A stretch of DNA of 45,495 bases from Armatimonas sp. (GTDB lineage Bacteria > Armatimonadota > Armatimonadia > Armatimonadales > Armatimonadaceae): the NCBI GenBank assembly GCA_031387365.1, contig JANNDD010000035.1:1-45495 (forward strand), in the 5' to 3' direction. The notes beneath the pieces are model-generated. The model had not been told where the DNA came from. It was given only the letters and a program-made list of their open reading frames with translations, and did no database searches. The position numbers were made by a program, and so were the translations under genes. Of this stretch, positions 37,117-45,495 are shown in pieces. Numbering within the stretch: the stretch's first letter is position 1; each line of letters starts with the position of its first letter.

Positions 37117-37676
37117 GCGATAGTGCGTTGCTAGAAAAAATCAAAGCGGAGTTGGACGACTGGGAAGGTATCGAAGACCCTGCCCCCTACCCCTCGCGTC
37201 GTGATTTGGCGATTCTGCAAGTCCGCCGTGTAAACAATCTATACCAGAAGCATCTCGCGGAGTATGTTTTCTGGCACGATCAAATGACCCAACACGAATA
37301 TGACACAGATGCCTCACGTTGGCGTCGTGGCTTTGTCCGTGCTGTCCATCCCTTTCTTTGCTCTAGCACAGAGTTGCTTATTGCAGACGCCGCTGTGAAA
37401 CAAGCGCTTCCAAAGGACATAACTATAGACCCCTATGATCCTATTGCAAGCCTCCTGGAAACTGTGGCAATGCATCGTGCTGTCTACTCTACCAATACAT
37501 TCTCTCCACTCACCAACGACGATAACGAAACTCTCCGAGCCGTGGGGCCGATTCTACGACGCGCTCTCCGTCCAGAGTCGACGGATGATTTTGAAGTGAC
37601 AAAGGCAGATAGTGATGCCTTAGTGCAGGCACTCTGGATCGTGGATCGTGCCGTTGCGGCTGTTAAGGTAGCATAA
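37113..37676 (+). CDS. Hypothetical protein translationally coupled to the GNAT gene
   Basis: 187-aa ORF, ATGA overlap with the GNAT stop; no recognisable motif. Confidence 0.65.
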   Translation: MSDSALLEKIKAELDDWEGIEDPAPYPSRRDLAILQVRRVNNLYQKHLAEYVFWHDQMTQHEYDTDASRWRRGFVRAVHPFLCSSTELLIADAAVKQALPKDITIDPYDPIASLLETVAMHRAVYSTNTFSPLTNDDNETLRAVGPILRRALRPESTDDFEVTKADSDALVQALWIVDRAVAAVKVA

Positions 37677-38577
37677 CCCCCTCTCCACTTGCCACAAGAG
37701 CCGCCAGTGTCCCCTGCACGTTGCGCTCACGGTCACGGTAGCGCATCAGGACGGCGAGGCTTTTATGACGGGAAAAGTCGAGTACTTCCTCAATCCCAAT
37801 GCCGGCCGCCGTTGCTGCCTTACACGCCTCCGTAATTGCAGTGTGCCGCAGACCATGGGGCCGCGCAGAGACTCCCAGTGACTCGGCGTACTTGGCGACA
37901 ATGCGGTGGACACTGCGCCCCGAGAGCCGCCCATCGCCTTTGTTACTTCGGTCTTGATTGGTAAAGAGTGCGCCCGGGGCACTGCCCCGCACAGCCAGCC
38001 AGTCCGTGAGTGCCTGCCGCGTCGGAAACGGCAGCTCGAGAGGGCTGCGCTCCAGCCGTCCTTTCCCTAAAACCCAGAGCCGCGTCGTTTCAAAATCAGC
38101 CACCTCAAGTGAGCAAACTTCTGCCCGACGCAGCCCTAAGTCATAGAGAAGCCGCAAGATCGCATGATCCCGTGGGCTCTGCTCGGCGAGCGCCAGCATC
38201 TTCTGCACATTTTCTCTACCAGGGCCACGGGTATCCCGATACGACTCGCTGGCGAGATTGGTCACTTCCAGCACCCACACTGTCTGCCCGAGGAGCCGTG
38301 CCAGCTTACTCAACGAGCGCAGTGCCGCCAGTCGCCGGTTGATCGTGGCTGGGGAGAGCTTTCGCTGCCGCAGATGCGTTCGGTAGGCCAGCGCCCGCCG
38401 GTTCGCCTCGCCCGCCGAGAGTGCCAGTAAGTCCGCAATGGCAAGTTCCGTCGGGCTTTCGCAAAACACGGCAAAGTCTTCTAAGTCACGTCGGTACGCA
38501 GCCATTGTGGTGGGACGATGGCTTTCGAGAAAGAGGGCTAATAAATCGCCCCCATGAACGAGGGCGACATCATGCAC
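37663..38577 (-). CDS. Tyrosine recombinase/integrase (XerC/D-like fold)
   Basis: SAM-like N-term (AYRRDL, SPATINRRLAALR); catalytic R (LGLRRAE), K (GKG), HGLRH, SRH and Y (MRY). Probable GTG start overlaps the glmM stop. Confidence 0.9.
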   Translation of the reverse strand: MHDVALVHGGDLLALFLESHRPTTMAAYRRDLEDFAVFCESPTELAIADLLALSAGEANRRALAYRTHLRQRKLSPATINRRLAALRSLSKLARLLGQTVWVLEVTNLASESYRDTRGPGRENVQKMLALAEQSPRDHAILRLLYDLGLRRAEVCSLEVADFETTRLWVLGKGRLERSPLELPFPTRQALTDWLAVRGSAPGALFTNQDRSNKGDGRLSGRSVHRIVAKYAESLGVSARPHGLRHTAITEACKAATAAGIGIEEVLDFSRHKSLAVLMRYRDRERNVQGTLAALVASGEGVMLP

Positions 38578-39877
38578 CACGAACCTCGCGGATGATGCTC
38601 GCAACGTGCTCGCAGACAGCTGCGACCTCAGCCTCGGTGGGGGCTTCGGCCATAACCCGAATTAATTTTTCGGTGCCTGAAGCGCGTACCAAGAGCCGAC
38701 CACGGCCTTCAAGTGATCTTGCCGTGTCAGTAATTGCAGCGGAGATAGCCGAGTCGCTCTCCCAGCCGTCGCGCTCTTTCACAGCAACATTGACGAGCTT
38801 TTGCGGGAGTGTGGTCATGTTGTCGTACCAGACCGAAAGATCACGCCCGGAATCTTTGACGATTTTTAGGATTTGGAGCGCGGTGAGCAGGCCATCGCCC
38901 GCCGGAGAAAGCTCAGGAAAGAGAATGTGACCCGACTGTTCGCCTCCAAGCCGTGCGCGAGTCTGTACCAGAAGCTCCGCGACGTAGCGATCCCCGACAT
39001 TGGCGCGCTCCAGCCGAACTTGCGCAGCCTGCAACGCAAGCTCCAGACCCATGTTGCTCATCACGGTTCCGACCACACTGTCAAGTTTCCACCAGAGCGC
39101 ACCCGTCAAAAGAATTCTATCGCCGTCGAAGATGCGCCCATGGCGGTCCGCAAGAATCACCCTATCGGCGTCGCCATCAAAGGCCAAGCCCGCGTCGGCG
39201 TTCTCGGACTTTGTGCGTGCGGCCAGCGCTTCCGGGTGTGTCGAGCCGCAGTGTGCATTGATATTCACCCCGTCGGGTTCGCAGTGCGTTGCGATCACTT
39301 CGGCGCCAAGACGCTCCAGCAAGGGCTTTGCGAGATAGCTTGCCGCGCCGTTGGCACCGTCTATCACCAGCCGCAGTCCCGCGAGCGTTGTCTCGCCGAG
39401 CGTGCCGATCAAAAAGTCAGCGTAGGCCGCAATGGGATCACTATTGTGGGTCAGTCGCCCCACACCGGAGCCCGCAGGCCGGTCAAAATCATTGGTGAGG
39501 GCGGCTTGGATCGCAGACTCCGTCGTATCGGGGAGCTTCTTGCCATCGAAGCCGAAGAACTTGATTCCATTATCCTGCATGGGGTTGTGCGATGCCGAGA
39601 TCACGACTCCCGCGCTCGCTCCCGTGGTGCGCGTCACAAACGAGACACCAGGCGTGGGCACAACTCCTAGCGAGAGCACATCGGCGCCCTGGGAGAGCAG
39701 CCCAGCAGTCAGTGCCGCCTCCAGTAAGTCGCCCGAGCGGCGCGGATCTCGCCCAATCACAAAGCGCCCCCCTCCCAGAGCCTGCGCCGCTGCCCGCCCG
39801 AGCGCTAGTGCGAACTCGGGGGTGAGCTCCGTGTTTGCGATCCCACGAACGCCGTCCGTTCCAAATTTCAGTGCCAT
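38570..39877 (-). CDS. glmM: Phosphoglucosamine mutase
   Basis: FGTDGVRG, ISASHNPMQDNGIKFF, FDGDADR, GGEQSGH, VRASGTE. Confidence 0.96.
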   Translation of the reverse strand: MALKFGTDGVRGIANTELTPEFALALGRAAAQALGGGRFVIGRDPRRSGDLLEAALTAGLLSQGADVLSLGVVPTPGVSFVTRTTGASAGVVISASHNPMQDNGIKFFGFDGKKLPDTTESAIQAALTNDFDRPAGSGVGRLTHNSDPIAAYADFLIGTLGETTLAGLRLVIDGANGAASYLAKPLLERLGAEVIATHCEPDGVNINAHCGSTHPEALAARTKSENADAGLAFDGDADRVILADRHGRIFDGDRILLTGALWWKLDSVVGTVMSNMGLELALQAAQVRLERANVGDRYVAELLVQTRARLGGEQSGHILFPELSPAGDGLLTALQILKIVKDSGRDLSVWYDNMTTLPQKLVNVAVKERDGWESDSAISAAITDTARSLEGRGRLLVRASGTEKLIRVMAEAPTEAEVAAVCEHVASIIREVRGA

Positions 39878-39884
39878 CGTTATC

Positions 39885-40880
39885 TTACTCTCCCGCAGGT
39901 CTTGGTGTTGGGGCTGGTCTTGGTGTTGGGGCTGGTTTTAGTGTCGGGGAAGCGGCGGGAGGCGCGTCCACCGTGAGGGTTAGCTGTGCGACGCGCTGCC
40001 CCAACAAGCTAATGCCCGCAGGGGGGGTCAGGACAATCTGTCGTGTCTCATTTTTAGCCAACCCCGCGACGCTCACCGAGATCTTTAGCGAGGAAAGCCT
40101 GCTTAGCAGCGCAGGTTCCCCACGCACGACCACGGTGCTTGGAGAGAACGTATAGGCCGTCAAGTGTGTCCCCACTGCAGGCTCACCCGAGAAGACCCCC
40201 GAGAGTACAAGAGTTTTGGTAGCAGGAGCTTGCCGGAGCGTTAAAGAGGCCCGCACCTGGGTAGGCTGTAGAGTCACACTCGAAACGACCTGCTGGTTCG
40301 TATCCTGCGCCACGACCGAGACTTCGCGGCTGAGCGCTTCTCCCGAGTCCGTATTATCTAGCAGCGCCACGACCCGATCCACTCGCGCGACTTCAGAGGC
40401 CGGCCCCGACGCTTCCACTTTGACAGGTAGAGACGACGGTGGGGCATACTCAAAACCGGGGGGGGGCTGGTTTTGGAAGAGCACCCGCACCGGGATACTT
40501 CGTGTGAGTCGTGCCTCGAGTTCCACCTCCAAAGTAGGTGGTGCCTCTAGTGCGACGCGCCCCCGCGCCTCCCGGGGCAGCACATAGGTAACGGGCAGGA
40601 AATTCTTACCCGCGCGTGCACCCACGGCACTCACAGTGACCTTAATGCCTTCTTTTCGCACCCGAGCCAGCTCCTCGGGCGGCCCCGTGAGTGTCACCTG
40701 CCCCGGCGGCGGCGGGGTCTTGACCACCAGCTCCAAGGGAAGACCGACCACTTGGGGCTGAACACTCTGTGTGCTACTCAGGCTGCGGTTTCGCTGCGTG
40801 CTGGCAATAAAATAGAGCAAGATGGACAGCACCAAGGAGAGGAGCTTGTACTCCCAGTTGCGGCGAAGAAAGGCCATCAT
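39885..40880 (-). CDS. cdaR: CdaR/YbbR-like diadenylate cyclase regulator
   Basis: N-terminal TM (NWEYKLLSLVLSILLYF), repeated YbbR-like beta domains (VTLTGP, VEASGP, VVVRGE); lies between cdaA and glmM. Confidence 0.88.
   Translation of the reverse strand: MMAFLRRNWEYKLLSLVLSILLYFIASTQRNRSLSSTQSVQPQVVGLPLELVVKTPPPPGQVTLTGPPEELARVRKEGIKVTVSAVGARAGKNFLPVTYVLPREARGRVALEAPPTLEVELEARLTRSIPVRVLFQNQPPPGFEYAPPSSLPVKVEASGPASEVARVDRVVALLDNTDSGEALSREVSVVAQDTNQQVVSSVTLQPTQVRASLTLRQAPATKTLVLSGVFSGEPAVGTHLTAYTFSPSTVVVRGEPALLSRLSSLKISVSVAGLAKNETRQIVLTPPAGISLLGQRVAQLTLTVDAPPAASPTLKPAPTPRPAPTPRPAGE
39898..39933. repeat. 18-bp coding tandem repeat in the Pro-rich CdaR tail
   Basis: GGTCTTGGTGTTGGGGCT x2 plus a degenerate third copy; encodes PAPTPR repeats. 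Confidence 0.8.
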
Positions 40881-41737
40881 GGCGCAGGTGTTTCCTTGTC
40901 TGCTTCTTTTACCCGTCGCGTCAGACTGAGGCGTGGTAGCGCTTTTTTCACACCTTTCCCAAATGCTGTCAAGAGCTTCTCTCGCAGGAGCTCGGGCTTA
41001 AGCCCTCGGTCCAGCTTGCCACCAATGGACAGAGAGATTGTTCCCGTTTCCTCAGAGACAATCACGACCACGGCGTCTGAGTTCTCCGAGACCCCCATGG
41101 CAGCACGGTGGCGCATGTGGACATTGGTGGCAATATTAGGCGCATCGGAGAGCGGAAGCGTGCAGCCCGCCGCGACAATCCGCCCATTACGCAAGATCAC
41201 CGCCCCATCGTGAAGGGCCGTCCCTGAGTAGAAAATCGTCGTCAGAAGCTCCGGCGTGACCCCGGCATCTAGTACAGTGCCTGTCGCAATCACATCGTCG
41301 AGGCCCGTCTCTCGCGCCAGAACAATCAGCACCCCCGTCTTACGCGCCGAGAGCAAGGTCGCGGCAGTCACAATCGCCTCGACGGTCTCGGTGATATTCT
41401 CCTGACGTGCTGCACTCAGCGGCGCTCCCCAGAAGTCTAAGCGCCCCAGCCGCTCTAAGACCTCGCGCAGCTCCGGATACAGTAAGATCACAATAGCCAC
41501 GGGCCCTAACGGCGTCACCGAGCGCAGAAGCCAGTTGAGCGTGACAAGCTCCAGCCAGTCGGAGAGAAGCAGTAAGAGAAAGAAGACCCCGATCCCGATA
41601 AGAATCTGCCAGGCACGACGACCCTTGGCCAGCAGGATCAGCCGGTAGAGAATATAGGCAACAACGACTATATCCAGAGCGGCCAGTGCGAGCGACTTGA
41701 ACTCAATAAAGCGGAGGCTGGCAAACAAGGCAGACAT
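40877..41737 (-). CDS. cdaA: Diadenylate cyclase CdaA (DacA)
   Basis: Three N-terminal TMs, PELREVLE, catalytic LHDGAV and MRHRAA motifs, VSEETG. Confidence 0.95.
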   Translation of the reverse strand: MSALFASLRFIEFKSLALAALDIVVVAYILYRLILLAKGRRAWQILIGIGVFFLLLLLSDWLELVTLNWLLRSVTPLGPVAIVILLYPELREVLERLGRLDFWGAPLSAARQENITETVEAIVTAATLLSARKTGVLIVLARETGLDDVIATGTVLDAGVTPELLTTIFYSGTALHDGAVILRNGRIVAAGCTLPLSDAPNIATNVHMRHRAAMGVSENSDAVVVIVSEETGTISLSIGGKLDRGLKPELLREKLLTAFGKGVKKALPRLSLTRRVKEADKETPAP

Positions 41738-41771
41738 GGGACAGCTAGTAGTATACCCGACGGATTCGCCC

Positions 41772-41807
41772 GTTCATCGGGGAAGTAAAGTTCATCGGGG
41801 CGGTAAA
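41772..41807. repeat. 18-bp direct repeat in the divergent promoter region of cdaA
   Basis: GTTCATCGGGGAAGTAAA / GTTCATCGGGGCGGTAAA. Confidence 0.7.
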
Positions 41808-41815
41808 ATACGCTC

Positions 41816-43549
41816 ATGAGTGAGCTACTTGCCACCAATACGGGTGCGCCACCCGACTGGGCGCTACGAATGCGCCATCTAATGGCCATGATGGATGAGG
41901 CGATCCCCGCTTTCCAGACCCGCTACTGCCGCGCCGACGGAACGCTTATCTGGCGGCAGGAGTGGCCTGGAATGGACGGCAGCGACGATGGCTACGAGAG
42001 TTTTCACAACTGGCCTTTGTTCTATGCACTGGGCGGCGCGGAGGATCTGTTCGAGCGCTCACGCTTTCTCTGGGACGCAGTGACGCGGCAGTTCACGGCC
42101 TACGGACAGATCTGGCAGGAGTTTGATGCCTACTACGACTGGATGCACCACGGCGAGTCCAATCTCTATCTGTATTATTTTGGGCTCTGCCATCCCGGGC
42201 ACCCCGTTGAGAAAGCACGCACGCTGCGTTTTGCAAAACTCTACACCGAGGGGATCAACTGGAACGCGACGCACAAGCTCATCCGCTCCCCGATCACGGG
42301 GAGCAAGGGGCCACGCTTTGAGAACTCCTGGGGGGACTGGGAGACGCACCGGGAAGTTCTGGACAACTACCCGCCTCCCTTCGATGATATCCCCGGAGTA
42401 CCCGGGCCGCTGGCAAACTGGAGCGACGACGAGATCTATGGAAAAATCCTGCCACTACTGAATCAGCGCATGATGACGGGTGATGTGCCGCTGAACCTCA
42501 CGGCCACGAGCCTCGCCACCCACGCGTTCTGCTACACAGGCGAGGAGAGCTATAAGCACTGGGTCTGTGACTATCTGGAAGCCTGGAGTGAGCGCATTGC
42601 CCGCAACGGTGGACTCTGCCCAGACAACGTGGATGAGCACGGCGTGATCGGAGGGCGCATGGGGGGCAAGTGGTGGGGCGGCTACTACGGCTGGCGATGG
42701 CCGCACGGGGTAATGAGCCTGCTTCAGCCGCTGGTGATCGCCGCCATGAACGCCGCACTGCTCACGGGCGATCTCTCGTACTTGGATATTCCGCGCGGGC
42801 AGCTAGATAAAATGGTCGAGCTGGGCCGAGAGGAAAATGGCGTCCTGCTGATTCCCCACCGCCACACGGACGCAGGCTGGACGGCCTATCGCCCCCTCGC
42901 CCCAGAGTTTGCACTCCAGCTCGCGTATTTTTCGATGGAGCAGCGCGACTTTGACCGCCTCACGCTCTTCCCCGAGCGCACGACAAGCTGGCGAGAAGTG
43001 GCTCCTGGCCGGGGTAAGGGCGACTCCATTCATATCGCACCATGGCACTGCTATCTTCAGGGCGACCTGCCCGACTACCCAACCCAGATCCTCGACGCGC
43101 AGTTCGCTGAAGTCGCCCGGCGGCTCGCGGTGATGGCAACCGACGACGGCGACCCCGAGACCTGGGATGTCCACCACTGGCAGGACATCAACCCGGTGCA
43201 CACCGAAGCCCTCCTCCAGCTTGCGTGTGGCGGCCCACAGGTGATCTACCATGGCGGCCTCCTGCACACCCGTCTGCGCTACTTCGACGCTGAGCAAAAG
43301 CGCCCCGGTCTCCCCCAAGGCGTCGCTGCGCTCGTCTCCAAGCTCACGGCGCAGAGTGTGACCGTCACGCTCGTCAACACCGACCCACGCCACCCCCGCC
43401 GCGTGACGCTGCAAGCCGGACAGTTCGGCGAGCATGAGTTCGTCGGCCACGGCAAGCGCCTGACGATCACGCTCCCGCCCGCCACTCAGCTCACACAAAC
43501 GCTAGAACAAAAGCGCTTTGTGCACGCCCCGAGCTATACTCAGCCATGA
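41816..43549 (+). CDS. Conserved-looking hypothetical protein, Trp/Tyr/Asp-rich, possible (alpha/alpha)-barrel enzyme
   Basis: 577-aa ORF with motif-like segments DGSDDGYESF.NWPL, YDWMHHGE, PDNV, WWGGYYGWRWPHG; function not recognised. Confidence 0.75.
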   Translation: MSELLATNTGAPPDWALRMRHLMAMMDEAIPAFQTRYCRADGTLIWRQEWPGMDGSDDGYESFHNWPLFYALGGAEDLFERSRFLWDAVTRQFTAYGQIWQEFDAYYDWMHHGESNLYLYYFGLCHPGHPVEKARTLRFAKLYTEGINWNATHKLIRSPITGSKGPRFENSWGDWETHREVLDNYPPPFDDIPGVPGPLANWSDDEIYGKILPLLNQRMMTGDVPLNLTATSLATHAFCYTGEESYKHWVCDYLEAWSERIARNGGLCPDNVDEHGVIGGRMGGKWWGGYYGWRWPHGVMSLLQPLVIAAMNAALLTGDLSYLDIPRGQLDKMVELGREENGVLLIPHRHTDAGWTAYRPLAPEFALQLAYFSMEQRDFDRLTLFPERTTSWREVAPGRGKGDSIHIAPWHCYLQGDLPDYPTQILDAQFAEVARRLAVMATDDGDPETWDVHHWQDINPVHTEALLQLACGGPQVIYHGGLLHTRLRYFDAEQKRPGLPQGVAALVSKLTAQSVTVTLVNTDPRHPRRVTLQAGQFGEHEFVGHGKRLTITLPPATQLTQTLEQKRFVHAPSYTQP

Positions 43550-44517
43550 TCCTCGATCCACGCTACTTCGGCCTTGATGATCTCTTGCGCCGCCCCCTTC
43601 GCCAGCACAAGTGGGGTAATGACATACTCACACTGGAAATTCTCACCGATAATCGCGAGCCCCTTCTCCCCGCCGACGGGCACTGGCGACCGAGCCATAG
43701 TAGCCTCTACGGACGGGCGGAAGTTTCAGAGCTGCAGCTCGTGCAGGATAGCTTCGTCGCCCAAGATGGCACGCAGGTCGTTTCTCTGCTGATCCGAAAC
43801 CCCTCCGCAGATACGGTATTTGTTGAGCTTGCGCCCCACTGGAGCCACAAAAACGGGCCAGGTGAGACGGGCTGGGTGCACCGCTGCACGCCGCCACTCG
43901 ATGATCTCCTGGTTCACCTGCCCGCCGATGCCTGCATTGCACGCAACTTCACGCTGTCGGTGGAGGCCACGGAAGACGCGGCGTTTAGAAATGCCACCCG
44001 CTGGTTCTTTGAGAGCCGCCCCACCGCCGCGCACGTACAGCACTTCGAGCGCTGGTGCGCAAGTAATACGCTTCTCTTTGACTGCCCCGACCCGTGGCTG
44101 ACCCGGCTCTTTGCCCACTGCCAAGCACTTCGCTGGCGCGGGATTGTGCCGACCGGCACAACCGACAAAGGAACCGACCCGCGTGCAAGCTTTGAGGAGG
44201 CGAACTTCGATGCACCACGCGACGACTGCCCGGCGTGGGACACGCTGATCCGTGAGCGGCTGGTGGGAGCGAGCGTCGAAGGCGACGTGCTCACTGTCAC
44301 ACCCGACAACTTTCTCGAGCTCTCTAGCTTCTGTCTCCAGGGCTTTCACAACACGACTATTGTGTGGGATGACCCGGCGCACTCCACCGACGCCTACGAG
44401 GACGGCGACAAGGGCTTGACGATCTACCACGGGCGCAGACGGCTCTACAACCAGCCGACCCTCACCCCGGTGACACTCCCGCTCGTCGGTAGCTCTGGAC
44501 GGTTCCAAAGAGAATAA
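43546..44517 (+). CDS. Hypothetical protein resembling the flanking domains of MGH1/GH63-like glycoside hydrolases
   Basis: FDCPDPWL segment and C-terminal FCL....TIVWD....Y..GDKGLTIY; ATGA overlap with the upstream gene. Confidence 0.55.
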   Translation: MILDPRYFGLDDLLRRPLRQHKWGNDILTLEILTDNREPLLPADGHWRPSHSSLYGRAEVSELQLVQDSFVAQDGTQVVSLLIRNPSADTVFVELAPHWSHKNGPGETGWVHRCTPPLDDLLVHLPADACIARNFTLSVEATEDAAFRNATRWFFESRPTAAHVQHFERWCASNTLLFDCPDPWLTRLFAHCQALRWRGIVPTGTTDKGTDPRASFEEANFDAPRDDCPAWDTLIRERLVGASVEGDVLTVTPDNFLELSSFCLQGFHNTTIVWDDPAHSTDAYEDGDKGLTIYHGRRRLYNQPTLTPVTLPLVGSSGRFQRE

Positions 44518-44875
44518 GACCAAACGGAATCCACCAGATCAGATCGTTGCTAAGGAGCAGATAGCCAAAAGTCCAGGGCAGCTCCCCCTTGAGTACCGCC
44601 ATCAAGAACCCGAGTGGCCCGAACACTTTTCCCAGCAACCCAACCAGCACAATCGGCCATTGTCGGTAGGGATCCAGCGCGGCGCAGCCGTACCCAATGC
44701 CATACACCCCCACGATCATCCCGATGCACTGCCAGAACTGCGGGTAGTTGGGCGGAGCCATTCCCACCAAAGCGAACGCCGCCAGGGGGAACAAGACCGC
44801 CCATGCCCCCCACAAAATATTGTAGCCCGCCGCGATCCACAAAACCACCGTCATCCACCGAGGTGCCTTGCTCAA
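44462..44875 (-). CDS. Small four-TM membrane protein
   Basis: AAGYNILWG, WQCIGMIVGVYGIGY, PIVLVGLLGKVFGP, NDLIWWIPF; TTG start with AGGAG SD overlapping the upstream stop. Confidence 0.7.
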   Translation of the reverse strand: MSKAPRWMTVVLWIAAGYNILWGAWAVLFPLAAFALVGMAPPNYPQFWQCIGMIVGVYGIGYGCAALDPYRQWPIVLVGLLGKVFGPLGFLMAVLKGELPWTFGYLLLSNDLIWWIPFGLILFGTVQSYRRAGVSPG

Positions 44876-45375
44876 TTTGTATCTCCTTTCCGTTTCTGCC
44901 CGCTGAGATAGTCGCGGATGCCAGACAAAAATACGCCCAGGGCAAGCAGCGACAATAGCCATGAAACTGCCCCGTGGTGCACCGGGCTAAACCCCGCAGG
45001 CAAGCGCCCCCAGCGAAGAAGCTGCGGAAAAAGCTGCGCCAGAAAGAGTCCGTAGACAATCCCCATGAGCGCGTGCATCACTCGCTCGCCGGGTGGCAAG
45101 CGCCGTGTGCGATCCTCCTCCACAAAGTCCGTGAGCGTGATTGCAATCTCAGCGATGAGAAACGCCAAGAGCAGCGTCGCGAGCCAGCCCTGCCAGGCCA
45201 CCCAGCCCAGTGTGGCTAAAAGGAGCGCATAGATCGCATCCCGGTAGGCATGGAGGCGCAGCTCGCGGCGTGCGTGCGGCTGCCGGGGAAGCTTGAGGCG
45301 GTACTCGTGGTAGTACAGCGTATCAAAAGCGCCCAGAAGGCTCTGGGCGAGTAGTAAGTACAGCGCCGTGCTCAC
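44872..45375 (-). CDS. Hypothetical His-rich membrane protein
   Basis: LGAFDTLYYHE, ELRLH, DFVEEDRTRRLPPGERVMH; GTG start overlaps the upstream TGA. Confidence 0.7.
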   Translation of the reverse strand: MSTALYLLLAQSLLGAFDTLYYHEYRLKLPRQPHARRELRLHAYRDAIYALLLATLGWVAWQGWLATLLLAFLIAEIAITLTDFVEEDRTRRLPPGERVMHALMGIVYGLFLAQLFPQLLRWGRLPAGFSPVHHGAVSWLLSLLALGVFLSGIRDYLSGQKRKGDTN

Positions 45376-45494
45376 GTGGGACGCAGCTCCCCTTCGTAAG
45401 AGAGTAGCCGCCCCACCCCAGGAACGTCTAAACACACCGTGAGCCACCAACCCTGCGCCGCGCCGCGCACTTGCGCTGTCACCCGTGGCGCCAG
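45372..45494 (-). CDS. 3' end of a DUF4166-like protein (partial)
   Basis: Manual translation LAPRVTAQVRGAAQGWWLTVCLDVPGVGRLLSYEGELRPT*; the stop overlaps the next GTG. Confidence 0.5.
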   Translation of the reverse strand: MAPRVTAQVRGAAQGWWLTVCLDVPGVGRLLSYEGELRPT

Positions 45495-45495
45495 T

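Noticed and set aside
41738-41815. c-di-AMP (ydaO) riboswitch upstream of cdaA
   Set aside because: Intergenic region is only 78 nt and lacks recognisable ydaO consensus elements.

Overview
GC-rich, gene-dense bacterial chromosomal window. The gene repertoire suggests a Terrabacteria lineage such as Armatimonadota, but this is an inference. It is mostly housekeeping: smpB, an orphan E2 acyltransferase, ada/alkA-ogt-tdk, rseP-dxr, SRP RNA, tRNA-Ala(GGC), tRNA-Leu(GAG), photolyase, pilT, livKHM, a phosphomannomutase, a stand-alone C-terminal half of carB, and cdaA-cdaR-glmM. Main observations: (1) a probable selenoprotein that the ORF track splits in two. It is an exported TlpA/DipZ-like redoxin with an in-frame TGA at the first Cys position of the CxxC motif (UVNC) and a SECIS-like hairpin, and it heads an operon with a cytochrome b, a Tat-exported molybdo-oxidoreductase and a secreted MsrB, making a candidate Sec-dependent periplasmic methionine-sulfoxide repair system. 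(2) A complete WGR-PARP with an intact H-Y-E triad behind a possibly structured leader. (3) A small islet between carB and glmM holding a GNAT with an in-frame TGA at codon 4, a coupled unknown ORF and a tyrosine recombinase. (4) A recurring GG-TAnAAT-N6-8-ATG leaderless promoter architecture. No CRISPR array or IS element was seen. All family assignments come from manual motif recognition, not database searches.
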